Part shown: positions 1 to 10,634 of the stretch, in pieces
Position numbering within the stretch: the stretch's first letter is position 1
Layout of the letters: each line of letters begins with the position of its first letter
Assembly (NCBI GenBank): GCA_965200245.1
Contig: CBDATS010000004.1
Location: 320,001-384,000, forward strand
From: a bacterium
GTDB lineage: Bacteria > UBA8248
DNA length: 64,000 bases
Direction of reading: 5' to 3'
Made by a program: the position numbers and the translations under genes
The notes under the pieces: model-generated
What the model was told of the DNA's origin: nothing
Database searches by the model: none
Seen by the model: only the letters and a program-made list of their open reading frames with translations

Positions 1-1148
1 TTGTCACTCGCGAGCACGATAGCCTCATCGCGGGCGCCCGTTCCCGATGCCTCCATCATGGCCATCGCCTCCTCCCAGGCCTGTTGCTGCAAATTCCGGC
101 GCTGGCGGTTCCACTCCTCGAGCACTTCCGCGCACGATCGCGCCTCGCCCTCTTCGTCTGCGGTGAGAAGATCGACACCCAGGGAAGCCTCCCCTACCCG
201 ACCCGCCGCGTTGAGCCTTGGAGCTATCAAAAAGGAGATGTGCCCGACGTTGAGCGTTTGGGCCTTGAGGTTCGCAGCGGCCTGTAAAGCGCGAATCCCT
301 GCCTTTCGCCGATCCAGTGCCTCGAACCCGCCTTCAGCCACTTCGGGGGGCGAAAGAATCTCCAGCCCGTGGCGCACGAATATGTGATTCTCGTCCCGCA
401 AGGGAACCACGTCGGCCACCGTACCCAAAGCCACGAGGTCCAAGTGTTGTTTCAGGTTCGGAAGGGGTGTTCCGAACCCGCCCTCGTGCAGTCGCCTCCT
501 GACAGCCGTGATGAGCTTGAATGCTACCCCGACTCCGCTAAGTCCTCGAAAAGGATATCCACAGCCCGATCTGCGGGGGTTCAGGACGGCAACGGAGGAC
601 GGCAACTCATCGGGCGGGCGATGATGATCGGTAATGACGAGACCCATGCCCATTCGCTCGGCTTCCCTAGCGGCCTCATGCGCACTGATGCCGCAATCGA
701 CCGTCACCACCGTGTCGCAGCCCGCTTCCTTAAGCTTTTCCAGCCCCTTTCGGTGCAGGCCGTAGCCCTCGTCCAGGCGGTTTGGAATGTAGTAGGGAAC
801 CCGCACGCCTACCTGCGAGAAAAACCGGCACAACAGCGCCGTAGCGGAGATACCGTCCACGTCGTAATCCCCGTACACGCCGATGGGACGACGGCTCCTG
901 ATGCGTTCCAGGAGGTGGGAGACGGCCTCCTCCATCCCTTTCATCAAAAACGGGTCGTGGAGCCCGGTCAGGGGCGCGTCCAGAAACTTGAGGGCTTCGG
1001 CGGAGTCCCGGATTCCCCTCTGGGCGAGAAGCCGTCCCATGAGTGGGGGTACGTTCAATTCGCGAGAGAGTTTTTCTGCGGACTGTTCATCGAAGGGACG
1101 CGGGGTCCACCTGCGAGGAAAGACAAGCGGGCCGGTGGAGTCGATCAT
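1..1148 (-). CDS. recJ: single-stranded-DNA exonuclease RecJ (5' part; runs off window)
   Basis: Manual translation from ATG at 1148: MIDSTGP...LHDPFLMKGMEEAV...IGVYGDYDVDGISATAL (DHH-family motif I). Not in the ORF track because its stop is outside the window; the + strand ORFs here are shadows. Confidence 0.93.
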   Translation of the reverse strand, partial: MIDSTGPLVFPRRWTPRPFDEQSAEKLSRELNVPPLMGRLLAQRGIRDSAEALKFLDAPLTGLHDPFLMKGMEEAVSHLLERIRSRRPIGVYGDYDVDGISATALLCRFFSQVGVRVPYYIPNRLDEGYGLHRKGLEKLKEAGCDTVVTVDCGISAHEAAREAERMGMGLVITDHHRPPDELPSSVAVLNPRRSGCGYPFRGLSGVGVAFKLITAVRRRLHEGGFGTPLPNLKQHLDLVALGTVADVVPLRDENHIFVRHGLEILSPPEVAEGGFEALDRRKAGIRALQAAANLKAQTLNVGHISFLIAPRLNAAGRVGEASLGVDLLTADEEGEARSCAEVLEEWNRQRRNLQQQAWEEAMAMMEASGTGARDEAIVLASD

Positions 1149-1228
1149 CGGCCCTTCACCGGTCCCAGCCCTGCTCGCCGGAAAAGGCGTCGGACAGGGC
1201 GATTCGCCGGAAGCGCTCCGCTCGCCTG

Positions 1229-2965
1229 CTATTCATCCTTACGCCCACCTTGCGAGGAGATCGATTCGCCGCCCTGAACCTGAGCCGCTTCCCCGGAATC
1301 ATCATCAGGCGATTCGGCGATCGGAACAATGCCGGGACCCAGTCCCTCGAATTCATCCTCTCCGGCCGGATCCGGACGCGGCGAGGCGCGCCTTCTCCAC
1401 CCGTCCCGGATGGAGGGCTTCGGCATGGAGCGTGCCATCATCTCGCGCGCCCCTTTGAAATGGGCACTCACGGGACGGGAAAACTTCTGGTTGTACGAAA
1501 CCATGGCGCGAACCAGCGCGCCCGTCAGGTTTTTGGGCCTGCAGGCGTTTCCGTTCATGATTACCGAGAAGGCAAGTATCTCCCCGTTCCGGGCGGCGGC
1601 ATATCCGCTGAAGGCGCGAACGCCGTTCAACAAGCCTGTCTTCACCCGTATCCGACGCGAATCCACTCCCCGACGGCGTCTTTTCCTCACCGTGCCGTCC
1701 ACGCCGAACACGGCGAGCGACGCCATGAACTCGGGCCTCAGCCTGAAGTCGTTGTGCGCCGCTTCGAGCAGGGTCGTCAGAGCGCGCGGCGAGGAACGGT
1801 TCATCCTGCTCAGGCCCGACCCGTCGGCGAGGGCGATCTCCTTCGCCGAGACGCCGGCAGAGAGCAAAAAATCCCGCACGACGCGCAAGCCTTTTTCCGC
1901 CGTGCCTGGCGCACCGTGTGTCTCTGCACCCATCGTCTTGAGAACCTGCTCGGCGACGAAGTTGTTGCTGAACTTGTTGAGGCCGCTCACCACCTCGCTC
2001 AGGGGCGGTGAAAGATGCCGCGAGAGAAGCTTCGCATCGGGTGGCGTGGCGGCCCTCCGGATTTTTCCCTTCAAGGCGATTCCCTGCCTCTTGAACTCGG
2101 CGGCAACGGCGCCCGCGGTGAAGGCGGCGGGGTCCGTGACAGGCACGCGGTATCTCCTCGTCCTGCTCCTCGCCGGAAACGAACCACTGACCTGAACGAC
2201 ATCCACTCCCTTCGAGCGCTTTCGCCCGAGCCGGATTTTCAAGCGCCTGCGCGTGGTCTTCACCTTCGCCCGAAGACGAAGCGCGCGCGAAGGCGGCTCG
2301 AGGTACACCCTGGCCGGAGCACCGACGCCATCGCCCGGGGACACGAGCACGTTCGCCAGACCGAAATTCAGGGACAAGGCCCCGTGCGGCGCGAGGTAGG
2401 GACGGATGGAGCGGCCCACCCGCCACCCCCGGCCATATTTCCTGTCGTCGAAAAACGAAGCATCCGCCACCAGGTCGCCCTCAATGCGCCTCACACCGCG
2501 CAGCTTGAGGCGGCGCACGAGGTCGCGCATCTTTTCATGCACGAACAGCGGGTCGCCGTAACCCTTGAGATAAAGGTCTCCCCGCAGCACGCCGCCTCGA
2601 ACCTTTCCTTTCGCGTAAAAATCGGTGGCAAAGCGATAGTCCGGCCCCAGGCGCGCGAGCGCCGCAGCGGCCGTGAATAGTTTGACATTCGAGGCGGGTA
2701 TCCGCTTCCTGGCGGCGTTATGTGAGTAGAGCGTCTGCGCGGTGGAAATCGAACGAATATACAGACCCAGGCGCCCGAGGCGGACACATTGCCTTTTGAT
2801 GGCGCGGCTCACCCTGCCCTGGAAGACGGCCCTGGAGACAATGCCTTTTTTCGATGCGCGCTTTTTTCCGGTGGCGGAAGCGTCCGACATCCACAAACCA
2901 GCGAGGCAGGCAACCACCACCCAAAGAGAGAACCGCAAAACACTCCCCTGCGTTCCGTATTTCAT
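1229..2965 (-). CDS. dacB: D-alanyl-D-alanine carboxypeptidase/endopeptidase (PBP4, peptidase S13)
   Basis: Signal peptide; PASNVK (SxxK), SNN (SxN), KTG and DGSGLSR motifs. Confidence 0.93.
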   Translation of the reverse strand: MKYGTQGSVLRFSLWVVVACLAGLWMSDASATGKKRASKKGIVSRAVFQGRVSRAIKRQCVRLGRLGLYIRSISTAQTLYSHNAARKRIPASNVKLFTAAAALARLGPDYRFATDFYAKGKVRGGVLRGDLYLKGYGDPLFVHEKMRDLVRRLKLRGVRRIEGDLVADASFFDDRKYGRGWRVGRSIRPYLAPHGALSLNFGLANVLVSPGDGVGAPARVYLEPPSRALRLRAKVKTTRRRLKIRLGRKRSKGVDVVQVSGSFPARSRTRRYRVPVTDPAAFTAGAVAAEFKRQGIALKGKIRRAATPPDAKLLSRHLSPPLSEVVSGLNKFSNNFVAEQVLKTMGAETHGAPGTAEKGLRVVRDFLLSAGVSAKEIALADGSGLSRMNRSSPRALTTLLEAAHNDFRLRPEFMASLAVFGVDGTVRKRRRRGVDSRRIRVKTGLLNGVRAFSGYAAARNGEILAFSVIMNGNACRPKNLTGALVRAMVSYNQKFSRPVSAHFKGAREMMARSMPKPSIRDGWRRRASPRPDPAGEDEFEGLGPGIVPIAESPDDDSGEAAQVQGGESISSQGGRKDE

Positions 2966-3020
2966 GAACTTCTTTCCGTAATCGTCATGCGGGGGGCGGA
3001 AATAACGAGGTTATCAGCGC

Positions 3021-3569
3021 TCACAAAAAAGCGAGGGCCTGCATAATCTGCTGAATCGAGGGGCGGTCGCTGGCATTTCTTCCGACATAAACGTAGCGAA
3101 CCACACCGCTCTTGTCGATGATGAAGATGGCAGGTCGGGCGATTCCTTCTCTGGGATGAAGCACACCGAACTCCTTGATGAGTCGTTTTTTCGGATCCGA
3201 AACCAATAGATATCGAATGCCCAGCTGTCGCGTCGTCTTGTTCATCTCCAGTGCGTTGTCCGAACTGATGGAGATGATATCCGTTTGAAGCCCGTCAATT
3301 TTTGCGGCATTTTCCTGGAACTCGACGAGTTGCCTCTGGCATATCCCTCAGAAGTGTCCCCGATAGAAAATCATCACGAGGTTCTTCTTGTTCTTGAGGT
3401 CCGAGAGCCTGAAACCCTGGATTTCGAACTCACGTGCCTTTTGCCCCACCTTGGGGCGATTTTCGTCAAACGGCGCTGCAGCCGCAACGCTCAGGCTCAA
3501 AAGGACAAAGGCAAGCGTCATCGACACCGGGCGCAAAGCTCGCCTGAAAGAAAACCTGCACCATCTCAT
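3021..3569 (-). CDS. exported AhpC/TSA (peroxiredoxin/redoxin-like) selenoprotein with in-frame UGA at 3348-3350
   Basis: ORFs 3348..3806 and 3021..3245 are in the same frame. Readthrough gives FYRGHF-U-GICQRQLVEFQENAAKIDGLQTDIISISSD...ARPAIFIIDKSGVVRY. GGAGG RBS precedes ATG 3569. Confidence 0.85.
3317..3334 (-). promoter_or_regulatory. putative bacterial SECIS hairpin
   Basis: GG(C)AACTC-GTC-GAGTTCC stem-loop; the loop starts with G about 21 nt after the UGA. Confidence 0.55.
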
Positions 3570-3724
3570 CTGGGAAAACCTCCGGATCATCGAGTCAAAA
3601 AACACGGTCGGGTCGAATCTTAATCCGCTTGGAGCGGGCTGTAAACCATACGAACACCCCGCATTGACTATCGGACGCGGCGTATGCGAATCTCCGTGTG
3701 TCTCCCGCCCGCCGGTAGAATCAG

Positions 3725-5272
3725 GTGTACAACAAATCGCTCGCACCCATCGTCTTCGTGATCGCGTGCGCGTTCTTATTCGCCTGCGGGGAGAAGCGTT
3801 CCGCAAGAAACGACGCCATCATCGTCGGCATCGACTCCAACCCCACGCAGCTTGACCCGAGACTGGCGCAAGACGCCGTCTCCTCGAAATTGTTGCGCTT
3901 CATCTTCAGCCGCCTGATATCGAGAGACCACGAGGGCCGCACCGTCCTTGAACTCGCCGAGAAGTGGGAGCAGCCAACGCCCCTCGTCCACCACTTCGAA
4001 CTCAGACGAGGTGTGCGGTTCCACAACGGAGAAACCCTCACTTCATCGGACGTGAAATACACCTTCGAGTCCATTCGGGACCCTTCCCTCGCCTCACCCA
4101 AGGCGGCGGGACTCAAGAAACTCGCCCGCATCGAAACGCCCACGCCACACAGGGTCGTTTTTCATCTCAAGGAACCTTCCGCCTCGTTCGCAGAATCCCT
4201 GATGATCGGCATCCTCCCCAAAAGCGCGCGCAAGGCGGGGAATCGCTTCGCCCGAAAACCCGTCGGGTCCGGTCCGTTCGAGTTCGTGGAATTCACGCCG
4301 GATGAGCGAATCACCCTCAAGGCGTTCGCCGGCCACTTCGCGGGCAAACCCACCTATGAGCGACTCATCTTCCGGATTCTTCCCGAAGAGACCATACGCG
4401 TTCTGGAACTTGAAAGCGGCGGCATCGACTTTCTCCAGAACGCTTTCTCTCCCGACGTTTTGCCGCGCTTCGTCAAGAACAAGCGCCTCAGGATACAAAA
4501 ACGCCTGGGCACGAACTTCACATACATCGGCTTCAACATGAACGACCCGATTCTCTCCAAACTCGGGGTGCGCCGCGCGATAGCCCATGCGATCGACAGA
4601 CGGCCCATCGTGCGCTTCATCCACAAGGACCTCGTACAAGAGGCAGACAGCCTGATGCCGCCCAATCACTGGGCACACCGAAAAAGTCTCCCAAACTACG
4701 CGCACGATCCGGCCCTCGCGATGAAACTCCTGGATGCGGCGGGCTACCCCGACCCCGACGGGCCGGGACCTGCGATGCGCTTCACACTCGTCTACAAAAC
4801 CTCTCAAAACGAACTGGGCCGCCGCATCGCCACCGTATTCGGCCACCAGTTCGCCCGCGTGGGGATACGGCTGAAAATCCGCTCCTATGAGTGGGGCACG
4901 TTTTTCGGCGACATCAGAAGCGGAAACTTCCAACTCTACAGCCTGACGTGGGTCGGAATATCGGACCCGGACATCTACCGCTACATTTTCCACAGCCACT
5001 TCACACCGCCATCAGGCCTCAACCGCGGCCTCTACAGGAACGCGCGCGTGGACACGCTATTGGAGGAAGCCCACCGGTCCGCCAACCCCAGCATTCGCGC
5101 CCGCGCCTACGGCGAGGCGCAGCGTATCCTGGGCGAGGAACTTCCCTACATCAACCTGTGGCACAGCGTGAACGTGGCTGTCTTCGACAAGCGCATATCG
5201 GGTTACCGGGTGTTCCCGGACGCGGACTTCATCTCGCTGGCGAAAGCGAATCTCTTACCCCTGGCAAAGTGA
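3725..5272 (+). CDS. peptide/nickel ABC transporter substrate-binding lipoprotein (family 5)
   Basis: Lipobox FAC; LDP..., GVRFHNG, PVGSGPF and VRRAIAHAIDR motifs. Confidence 0.92.
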   Translation: MYNKSLAPIVFVIACAFLFACGEKRSARNDAIIVGIDSNPTQLDPRLAQDAVSSKLLRFIFSRLISRDHEGRTVLELAEKWEQPTPLVHHFELRRGVRFHNGETLTSSDVKYTFESIRDPSLASPKAAGLKKLARIETPTPHRVVFHLKEPSASFAESLMIGILPKSARKAGNRFARKPVGSGPFEFVEFTPDERITLKAFAGHFAGKPTYERLIFRILPEETIRVLELESGGIDFLQNAFSPDVLPRFVKNKRLRIQKRLGTNFTYIGFNMNDPILSKLGVRRAIAHAIDRRPIVRFIHKDLVQEADSLMPPNHWAHRKSLPNYAHDPALAMKLLDAAGYPDPDGPGPAMRFTLVYKTSQNELGRRIATVFGHQFARVGIRLKIRSYEWGTFFGDIRSGNFQLYSLTWVGISDPDIYRYIFHSHFTPPSGLNRGLYRNARVDTLLEEAHRSANPSIRARAYGEAQRILGEELPYINLWHSVNVAVFDKRISGYRVFPDADFISLAKANLLPLAK

Positions 5273-5275
5273 TAG

Positions 5276-6196
5276 ATGCGAAAATTCCTCTTCAGGCGCG
5301 TATTGCTGCTCATCCCCGTACTGTGGGGGGTGACAACGCTCGTCTTTATCGTCACCCAGGTGCTGCCGGGTGACCCGGTAGACCTCATGCTGGGCGAGAC
5401 CGCCCGCCCGGCAGATCGCGAACTAATGCGCAAGACACTTGGGCTGGACAGGCCGCTGGGCGTTCAATACGCCGACTACATGGGCGGACTCCTGCGTGGA
5501 GACCTGGGCAACTCGCTCCACCAGAAACGGGCGGTCTCGGCCATCATCTTCGAGCGCACCTACGCTTCAGCGGAACTGACGCTCGCCTCGATGGCTGTGG
5601 CACTGCTCATCTCGCTTCCGCTGGGAATCGCCGCGGCGCGAAAACAGGGCACGGCGATCGATCTGGGGGCAAGCTTTTTCGCCGTGGCGGGGGCGAGCAT
5701 GCCCGTCTTCTGGCTTGGGCCGCTGCTTATCATCGTCTTCTCCATCGGTCTGGGGTGGCTGCCCGTCTCGGGTCGGGAGGGCAGTTTCAGCCTCATCCTC
5801 CCTGCCGTGACGCTCGGCGCCGCGCTCTCTCCCATACTGATGCGCATGGCGCGATCGAGCCTCCTGGAAGTGCTGCCGCAAGACTATATCAGCACTGCTC
5901 GTGCAAAGGGCATCTCCGAGAAACGGGTGCTCTGGCTCCATGCGCTCAAGAATGCGTGCCTGCCCCTCATCACGATTCTGAGCCTTCAACTCGGCGCCCT
6001 GCTCTCTGGCGCCATCATCACCGAGACCGTCTTCGCCTGGCCTGGTGTAGGGCGTCTGGTGATCCAGGCCATCGCATCGCGCGACTACCCCCTCGTACAG
6101 GGTTGTGTACTGTTTATCGCCGCCATATACGTGAGCGCGAACTTTCTGGCCGACGTCGCCTACGCCTGGCTCGACCCGCGCGTAAGGCTCACATGA
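5276..6196 (+). CDS. peptide ABC permease (DppB/OppB-like)
   Basis: PGDP, GDLGNS and EAA-like loop DYISTARAKG; ITETVFAWPGVG. Confidence 0.92.
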   Translation: MRKFLFRRVLLLIPVLWGVTTLVFIVTQVLPGDPVDLMLGETARPADRELMRKTLGLDRPLGVQYADYMGGLLRGDLGNSLHQKRAVSAIIFERTYASAELTLASMAVALLISLPLGIAAARKQGTAIDLGASFFAVAGASMPVFWLGPLLIIVFSIGLGWLPVSGREGSFSLILPAVTLGAALSPILMRMARSSLLEVLPQDYISTARAKGISEKRVLWLHALKNACLPLITILSLQLGALLSGAIITETVFAWPGVGRLVIQAIASRDYPLVQGCVLFIAAIYVSANFLADVAYAWLDPRVRLT

Positions 6197-7002
6197 GACA
6201 CAGCCTCTCCATCTATCTGGGCGGAGGCATCATCGCTCTTTTACTCGTCGCCACCTTGGCAGCCCCCCTTCTCTCACCGCAAACCCCCTACGAGATGGAA
6301 CTGTCCCAGGGACTGGCGGCCCCCGAGTCGGCGCATCCCTTCGGGCGGGACAAGCTCGGCCGCGACATTCTGAGCCGCGTCCTCTACGGCGGGAGAACCT
6401 CACTCATCGTAGGCTTCGCCGCAGTCTCCATATCGGTGCTGCTGGGTGTCCTGATCGGTGGAATCGCGGGCTATCTCGGCGGGGTGTGGGATGAGGTGAT
6501 CATGCGCGTGACCGACGTGTTCCTGGCATTCCCGGGCATATTGCTCGCCATCGCGCTCATGTCCGTTCTCGCGCCGAGTCTCTGGAACATCGTGATATCG
6601 CTGTCCGTATTCGGGTGGGTGGGCTACGCGCGCCTCACCCGTGCACAGGTGCTGGCGCTCCGCGAACGCGAATTCGTGACCGCCGCCCGTGCCGCGGGCG
6701 CAGCACCCGGACGCATCCTCACACACCACCTGTTCACGAACGTCATCTCGCCGGTCATTGTGGAGGCGAGCATCGGCATGGCGGGAGCGATTCTCGCCGA
6801 GTCGGGACTATCCTTCCTGGGACTGGGCATACAGCCGCCCGAACCGAGTTGGGGAGCGATGCTGGCCGAGGGACGCGACTTCCTCCTCGTCGCTCCGCAC
6901 CTGACGATTTATCCGGGAATCGCCATCGCCCTGACCGTCATGGGCCTGAACATCCTGGGCGATGGACTAAGAGACCTGCTCGACCCGACTCAGAAGAGAT
7001 AG
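6193..7002 (+). CDS. peptide ABC permease (DppC/OppC-like)
   Basis: ATGA overlap with the upstream stop; HPFGRDKLGRDILSR, EFVTAARAAG and LSFLGLG..PSWG. Confidence 0.92.
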   Translation: MRHSLSIYLGGGIIALLLVATLAAPLLSPQTPYEMELSQGLAAPESAHPFGRDKLGRDILSRVLYGGRTSLIVGFAAVSISVLLGVLIGGIAGYLGGVWDEVIMRVTDVFLAFPGILLAIALMSVLAPSLWNIVISLSVFGWVGYARLTRAQVLALREREFVTAARAAGAAPGRILTHHLFTNVISPVIVEASIGMAGAILAESGLSFLGLGIQPPEPSWGAMLAEGRDFLLVAPHLTIYPGIAIALTVMGLNILGDGLRDLLDPTQKR

Positions 7003-7463
7003 AGGAAATACCAGCGCCGCTTTTTCTTTTCGGGCTCTTTTTTCTTGACCCCGGTGGGAGGAACTTCCTGCTTGGGCGCGGGTTGCGTTCCCTTTTCCCG
7101 TTTCAGTCGGGAGACGGGTTTTGGCTTCGGGATCCTAGCCATGTCGACCAGAGCACCGTGCGGGAACGTGGTGCCGCGCAGCTCGGCACGGAAGAACGTC
7201 TTGGGACGAACAACGTGGCACTCGAGACAGCGGGTGGCGGTTCGCAACGGACTTTTCTCGTCGTAGCGTAGCTGCTGCTTGTTGACGTGCGGAATCTCCT
7301 GGAAATCCGCGTGCAGGTGGCAACTTTGGCAGTAGGAAGTGACAACCACGTTCTCCTCCGCCCGGGGAAGAGAGCCACGTACCGCCCTTTCTATCGGCTT
7401 CTGCTGACAGGCGGTGACGAGGAGCAGACAGACCATCAAAGCCATGAGCCATAAATTCTTCAT
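6990..7463 (-). CDS. putative dihaem c-type cytochrome lipoprotein
   Basis: Lipobox VTAC; two CxxCH motifs (CQSCH, CLECH); Lys/Pro-rich tail. Confidence 0.65.
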   Translation of the reverse strand: MKNLWLMALMVCLLLVTACQQKPIERAVRGSLPRAEENVVVTSYCQSCHLHADFQEIPHVNKQQLRYDEKSPLRTATRCLECHVVRPKTFFRAELRGTTFPHGALVDMARIPKPKPVSRLKREKGTQPAPKQEVPPTGVKKKEPEKKKRRWYFLYLF

Positions 7464-7552
7464 CCTGCCGCTCCAAGAAAATGTAACGTCTCTTCCCGCT
7501 CATTCGCACACAGTATACGAACTGTGCCTTCGTACCGCAACGAAGCCGACGC

Positions 7553-7966
7553 CTAGGCGCTTTGCCTCCGGCTGGCTATTGCCTCGCGCACGTAGGCAAC
7601 AATGTCCTCCATCGTCGCGCCCGGGGTGAAAATTTCGTCTACCCCGTTTTCCTTGAGAAAGGGGATGTCCTCATCCGGCACGATGCCGCCCCCGAAGAGC
7701 AGGACATCCTCCATGCCGTGCCCATTGAGCAGTTCACGAATCCTGGGAAACAGGTGGTTGTGCGCGCCCGAGAGAATCGAGAGACCTACGCAGTCGACAT
7801 CCTCCTGCATGGCGGTCGAGGCGATTTGTTCCGGCGTCTGGCGAATCCCCGTGTAGATAACCTCCATTCCGGCGTCCCTGAGCGCGCGCGCGACCACCTT
7901 GGCCCCCCTGTCGTGGCCGTCGAGGCCGGGCTTGCCCACAAGAACGCGTATCTTCCGCTCGCTCAT
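7553..7966 (-). CDS. stand-alone cobalamin-binding domain (methylmalonyl-CoA mutase small subunit-like)
   Basis: [13 protein letters not shown] (DxHxxG), SILSGAH and GGGIVP. Confidence 0.93.
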   Translation of the reverse strand: MSERKIRVLVGKPGLDGHDRGAKVVARALRDAGMEVIYTGIRQTPEQIASTAMQEDVDCVGLSILSGAHNHLFPRIRELLNGHGMEDVLLFGGGIVPDEDIPFLKENGVDEIFTPGATMEDIVAYVREAIASRRQSA

Positions 7967-8139
7967 CCTCCGCCTCCGCGATCGATGTTTTTCCACAGGT
8001 TCCAGTCCCGATTATCCTGTAAGGAAAGCCGCGTTTCAAATGAAATCCTGGAATGTGTCGACTTTTCATGCGAGTTTGCGTACCCTCGCAAAATTAATAA
8101 AGCGCATCTCGGGATTCCCACACCCTACAGGATTTTCAC

Positions 8140-10200
8140 ATGACGCCCACGCGGGAAATCTACTGGAACATAGTCCTGGGACCCCTGATCTACCTGTTCG
8201 CCGCAGCGGCCATCGGCGTGATGTCCTACGGCATATACCAGCGTGTGCGTCTCTGGAGGTTGGGCGGAGGAGAGATCAGGACCGACAATCCAGCAAAACG
8301 CCTCTGGGGCGTAGTGGACGAGTTGCTTTTCCACCGCCGGATGCTGCGGGACACCTACCCTGGCCTCATGCACTTGTTCATCTTCTACGGCTTTTTCGTC
8401 GAACTCGTCGCCACGTCGATGATTGCCGTTCAGGAATGGACGGGAATCCATTACCTGAAGGGAAACCTCTACCTGGGCTATTCGCTGCTGAGCGACGGCT
8501 TTGGACTCTTGGGGATCGTCGGCATACTCATGGCCCTTTGGCGGCGTCTGGTGATGAAGCCCGAACGAATGAACTCGGTGCTCGACGACTATCTCGCGCT
8601 GTGGCTGCTGCTGCTCGTCTTCGTCCAGGGTTTTGTCGTAGAGGGGCTGCGCATCGCTGCGACGGAACTACGGGACAATCCGTCTCTCGCCCCATGGTCA
8701 CCTGGCGGCTATGCAGTCGCCCTCACCCTTCAGGGTTTGAGCGTCGAGACGCTTAAATTCCTGCACCGCATCAACTGGTGGTTCCACTCCATCACGGCGT
8801 TCGTACTGCTTGGCTACATGGGTTTCGGGAAGTTCAATCACATCTGGTACGGCCTGTTGAACATGTTCTGCAGAAACCTGAACCCCAGCGGCAAGCTGAG
8901 CTTCATCGACATCGAGGCAACGATGGAAGCGGACCCCGAGGCCATAGAAACCCTGGGCGTGGAAAAAATCGAGGGCTACACCTGGAAAAACCTGCTCGAT
9001 CTGGACGCCTGCACGAATTGCGGCCGCTGCCAGGATGTCTGCCCCGCCTACATGAGCGGCGTGCCGCTCAGTCCCAAAAAACTGATCCAGGACATGAAGG
9101 CACACCTGAGCGAGGTGGGTCCGGCAACACTTGAGGAAAACGGTGAAGCTGGTGAGCGATCACCCCTGTTCGGTGAGCCCGGGGACGAATCCGCCGTACT
9201 TGAGGAAGAACTCTGGGGCTGCCGCACCTGCGGGGCCTGCCAGCAGGAGTGCCCTGTGTTCATCGAGCACATCCCTAAGATGGTGGATATGCGTCGCTAC
9301 CTCGTGATGATGGAATCCAAAACGAGCGAGGACGCGCGCCAGTTCCTGAAGTCCATGGACGAGCGGCTCCACCCCTGGGTGGGCGCACAGCACAATCGGG
9401 AGGAATGGTACGAGGGTCTGGACGTGAAAGTCCTCTCGAGCGGAGAGAAAGCAGAATACCTCTACTGGGTGGGCTGCACGGGCTCGATGATCGACCGAAA
9501 CATCGAGGTGTCGCGGGCGATGGTGAAGATTCTCGCCGCTGCGGGGGTGGACTTCGCCATCCTGGGTGCGGAGGAGGTCTGCACGGGCGATCCGGCCCGG
9601 CGGGTCGGGGGCGAATTTACCTTCCAAATGTGCGCGAAGCAGAACATCGAGACCCTGAACAGCTATGAGGTGGAAAAAATCATTACCACCTGCCCCCATT
9701 GCTTCAACACGTACAAGAACGAATACCCCGACTTCGGGGGAAACTACGAGGTGGTGCACCATACGCAACTCATCGCGGAACTCATCAAATCCGGAAAACT
9801 CAAGCTCAAGAAATCGCTCGGATCCCTCACCTACCACGACCCGTGCTACCTGGGCCGCCACAACGGCGTATACGATGCGCCGCGCGAGGTTCTTCACCAG
9901 ATTTCGGACGGCGGCTTCACCGAACTGGCACGCAATCGTTCGCGCTCGCTGTGCTGCGGCGCAGGTGGCGGCTACGCCTGGATGGACGATGAACCCCAAA
10001 AGCGCATCAACCACGAACGTCTCGAGGACGTGAAGGCCTGCGGGGCCAAAACAGCCGCCGTCTCCTGCCCTTTCTGTATGCAGATGTTCGATGACGCATT
10101 GAAAGCGATCGACCCCGAGAAGACCATCCGCGCCGCCGACATCGCCGAACTCGTCGCCGAAGCGATAGAAGAACAGACACCGGAAAGCTCCTTTCCCTGA
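8140..10200 (+). CDS. membrane-bound Fe-S oxidoreductase (HdrD/FadF-like, CCG domains)
   Basis: N-terminal TM region; two CxxCxxCxxxCP motifs; TTCPHC, YHDPCYLGR and CCGAGGG. Confidence 0.92.
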   Translation: MTPTREIYWNIVLGPLIYLFAAAAIGVMSYGIYQRVRLWRLGGGEIRTDNPAKRLWGVVDELLFHRRMLRDTYPGLMHLFIFYGFFVELVATSMIAVQEWTGIHYLKGNLYLGYSLLSDGFGLLGIVGILMALWRRLVMKPERMNSVLDDYLALWLLLLVFVQGFVVEGLRIAATELRDNPSLAPWSPGGYAVALTLQGLSVETLKFLHRINWWFHSITAFVLLGYMGFGKFNHIWYGLLNMFCRNLNPSGKLSFIDIEATMEADPEAIETLGVEKIEGYTWKNLLDLDACTNCGRCQDVCPAYMSGVPLSPKKLIQDMKAHLSEVGPATLEENGEAGERSPLFGEPGDESAVLEEELWGCRTCGACQQECPVFIEHIPKMVDMRRYLVMMESKTSEDARQFLKSMDERLHPWVGAQHNREEWYEGLDVKVLSSGEKAEYLYWVGCTGSMIDRNIEVSRAMVKILAAAGVDFAILGAEEVCTGDPARRVGGEFTFQMCAKQNIETLNSYEVEKIITTCPHCFNTYKNEYPDFGGNYEVVHHTQLIAELIKSGKLKLKKSLGSLTYHDPCYLGRHNGVYDAPREVLHQISDGGFTELARNRSRSLCCGAGGGYAWMDDEPQKRINHERLEDVKACGAKTAAVSCPFCMQMFDDALKAIDPEKTIRAADIAELVAEAIEEQTPESSFP

Positions 10201-10634
10201 CTAACGCGCCATCAAGACTGGATTTTCGCTCTATTTTTTTCGTCCAACCGCCATTTTCGTGGCAAATATCCATAATCGCCCCCTTGGAGTGCTTTCACTT
10301 TTGCAAAATAAATACAAAAGCAATATCATAGATCGAGCGCACCTTCGCTAGGTGTCGGTAGGTGATGATAGGCTTTGGGAATTATGGCCTAACTACGCAA
10401 ACCACGGTATATGGTATCTAATGGAAAGATATTCCGACTATATGATGTGGAATTATGGTTAAGTGTATAATCCCCATACATTGCTGAAAACAATTAATTG
10501 GTTGACTCCCAACGGATTTACCATCTAGACTAAACCCATAATTCAATCTGTGGAAGAATTGTTCCCGACGGTTGACATTATCGGTTCGACTTTTTATATG
10601 CTTGATGAAAATACCTTGTATCAGGGTGACCACA

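Noticed and set aside
369-1277. 302-aa + strand ORF and overlapping ORFs
   Set aside because: Antisense shadow of recJ/dacB in GC-rich DNA.
1229-1480. Low-complexity C-terminal tail of DacB and short overlapping ORF 1156-1236
   Set aside because: Probably a disordered extension; no evidence for a separate gene.
3725-7002. Peptide ABC operon lacking ATPase genes
   Set aside because: Commonly encoded elsewhere; unremarkable.
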